Positions 31,504 through 32,000 of a stretch of 32,000 nucleotides of DNA are shown here, one piece after another (position 1 is the stretch's first letter; each line of letters opens with the position of its first letter). A program made the position numbers and the translations under genes. The notes below the pieces were generated by a model, which ran no database searches, was not told where the DNA came from, and was given only the letters and a program-made list of their open reading frames with translations. Origin of the DNA: Mycobacterium tuberculosis H37Rv (lineage in GTDB: Bacteria; Actinomycetota; Actinomycetes; Mycobacteriales; Mycobacteriaceae); assembly GCF_000195955.2 (NCBI RefSeq), contig NC_000962.3, forward strand, positions 2,430,001-2,462,000, written 5' to 3'.

Positions 31504-32000
31504 CTAACTGGACTGGGGCGCCACCACCCGGCGCAGCTGCCGAGCGTATAGCCACTCGATCACCGGCATGCCCGCGGTGACCACCCCGGCCAACCCGTAG
31601 CTGATCCAAGATGGCCCGTCGTGACCGACCGCCATGAGGTAGGTCGCCGCCGCCACGGCAATCAACGCAATGCCAATCGCACTGGTCAACACGACTGTCC
31701 CGCGCAACCAGATCCGGTCCACCGCCTCACTGGACCACTCGGCGGCCACCTCGAATGCATCCGCGTGCTGTACGGGTGCCGACTCGGCCACAGCGCGTTT
31801 CGCCGGATGCCCGGATCCGATCGATCGCCCGCCCCGCACGGATGCACCCGTCGGCCTCGTCGCGGGCTCGGCCTCAGCCATGCGGCGAGCTCGCAACAGC
31901 ACCGGTATCGCGCCCACGATGACCAGTGCGGAGACCACAATTACGGCGTACAGCACCCACGTGGTGTGCGGGTTTCCGGCCATCTCGTGGAAGCCCCTAC
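31504..32000 (-). CDS. Conserved membrane protein, N-terminus beyond window edge (Rv2197c-like)
   Basis: Frame remains open to the window edge (GRGFHEM before MAGNPHTTWVLY); three hydrophobic segments. Confidence 0.85.
   Translation of the reverse strand, partial: RGFHEMAGNPHTTWVLYAVIVVSALVIVGAIPVLLRARRMAEAEPATRPTGASVRGGRSIGSGHPAKRAVAESAPVQHADAFEVAAEWSSEAVDRIWLRGTVVLTSAIGIALIAVAAATYLMAVGHDGPSWISYGLAGVVTAGMPVIEWLYARQLRRVVAPQSS

Noticed and set aside
30722-31609. 295-aa minus-strand ORF running through the tandem repeat ([19 protein letters not shown] repeats)
   Set aside because: Antisense shadow of qcrB. The 57-bp unit is a multiple of 3, so it keeps all frames open; high-GC artefact.

Overview
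The window is GC-rich mycobacterial chromosome. Gene order and protein sequences match the Mycobacterium tuberculosis complex region Rv2167c to Rv2197c; this identification is from memory, with no database search. It holds an intact 1355-bp IS6110 just upstream of the dcw/mraZ operon, which lies off the left edge. To the right are lppM, a lipoglycan/PIM biosynthesis neighbourhood (idsA2, mptA, an alpha-1,2-mannosyltransferase, an acyltransferase, pimB'), pknL with its substrate gene Rv2175c, an internally deleted IS110-family remnant, type II DAHP synthase (aroG), fadD15, an NlpC/P60 hydrolase gene, a DnaQ/GIY-YIG nuclease fusion gene, trpD and ctaE-qcrC-qcrA-qcrB. A 3-copy 57-bp tandem repeat (ETR-B/VNTR2461-like) follows qcrB. 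I found no CRISPR array, toxin-antitoxin pair, defence island or clearly new multigene system. The most useful leads are: (1) an in-frame Walker A P-loop upstream of the called start of the Rv2184c-like ATPase, reachable only from a non-ATG/GTG/TTG start; (2) a short Cys-rich ORF (23458..23709, minus) with a good RBS between Rv2190c and Rv2191; (3) an HEXXH gluzincin-like motif in the hypothetical Rv2189c; (4) a 20-23 bp stem hairpin upstream of pimB' whose left arm resembles a sequence beside a second hairpin after pknL; (5) a 9-bp hairpin in every VNTR unit between convergent qcrB and Rv2197c; (6) IS6110 oriented so its 3' outward promoter could drive the dcw cluster; (7) the IS110 remnant, which keeps both transposase ends but lacks the middle.
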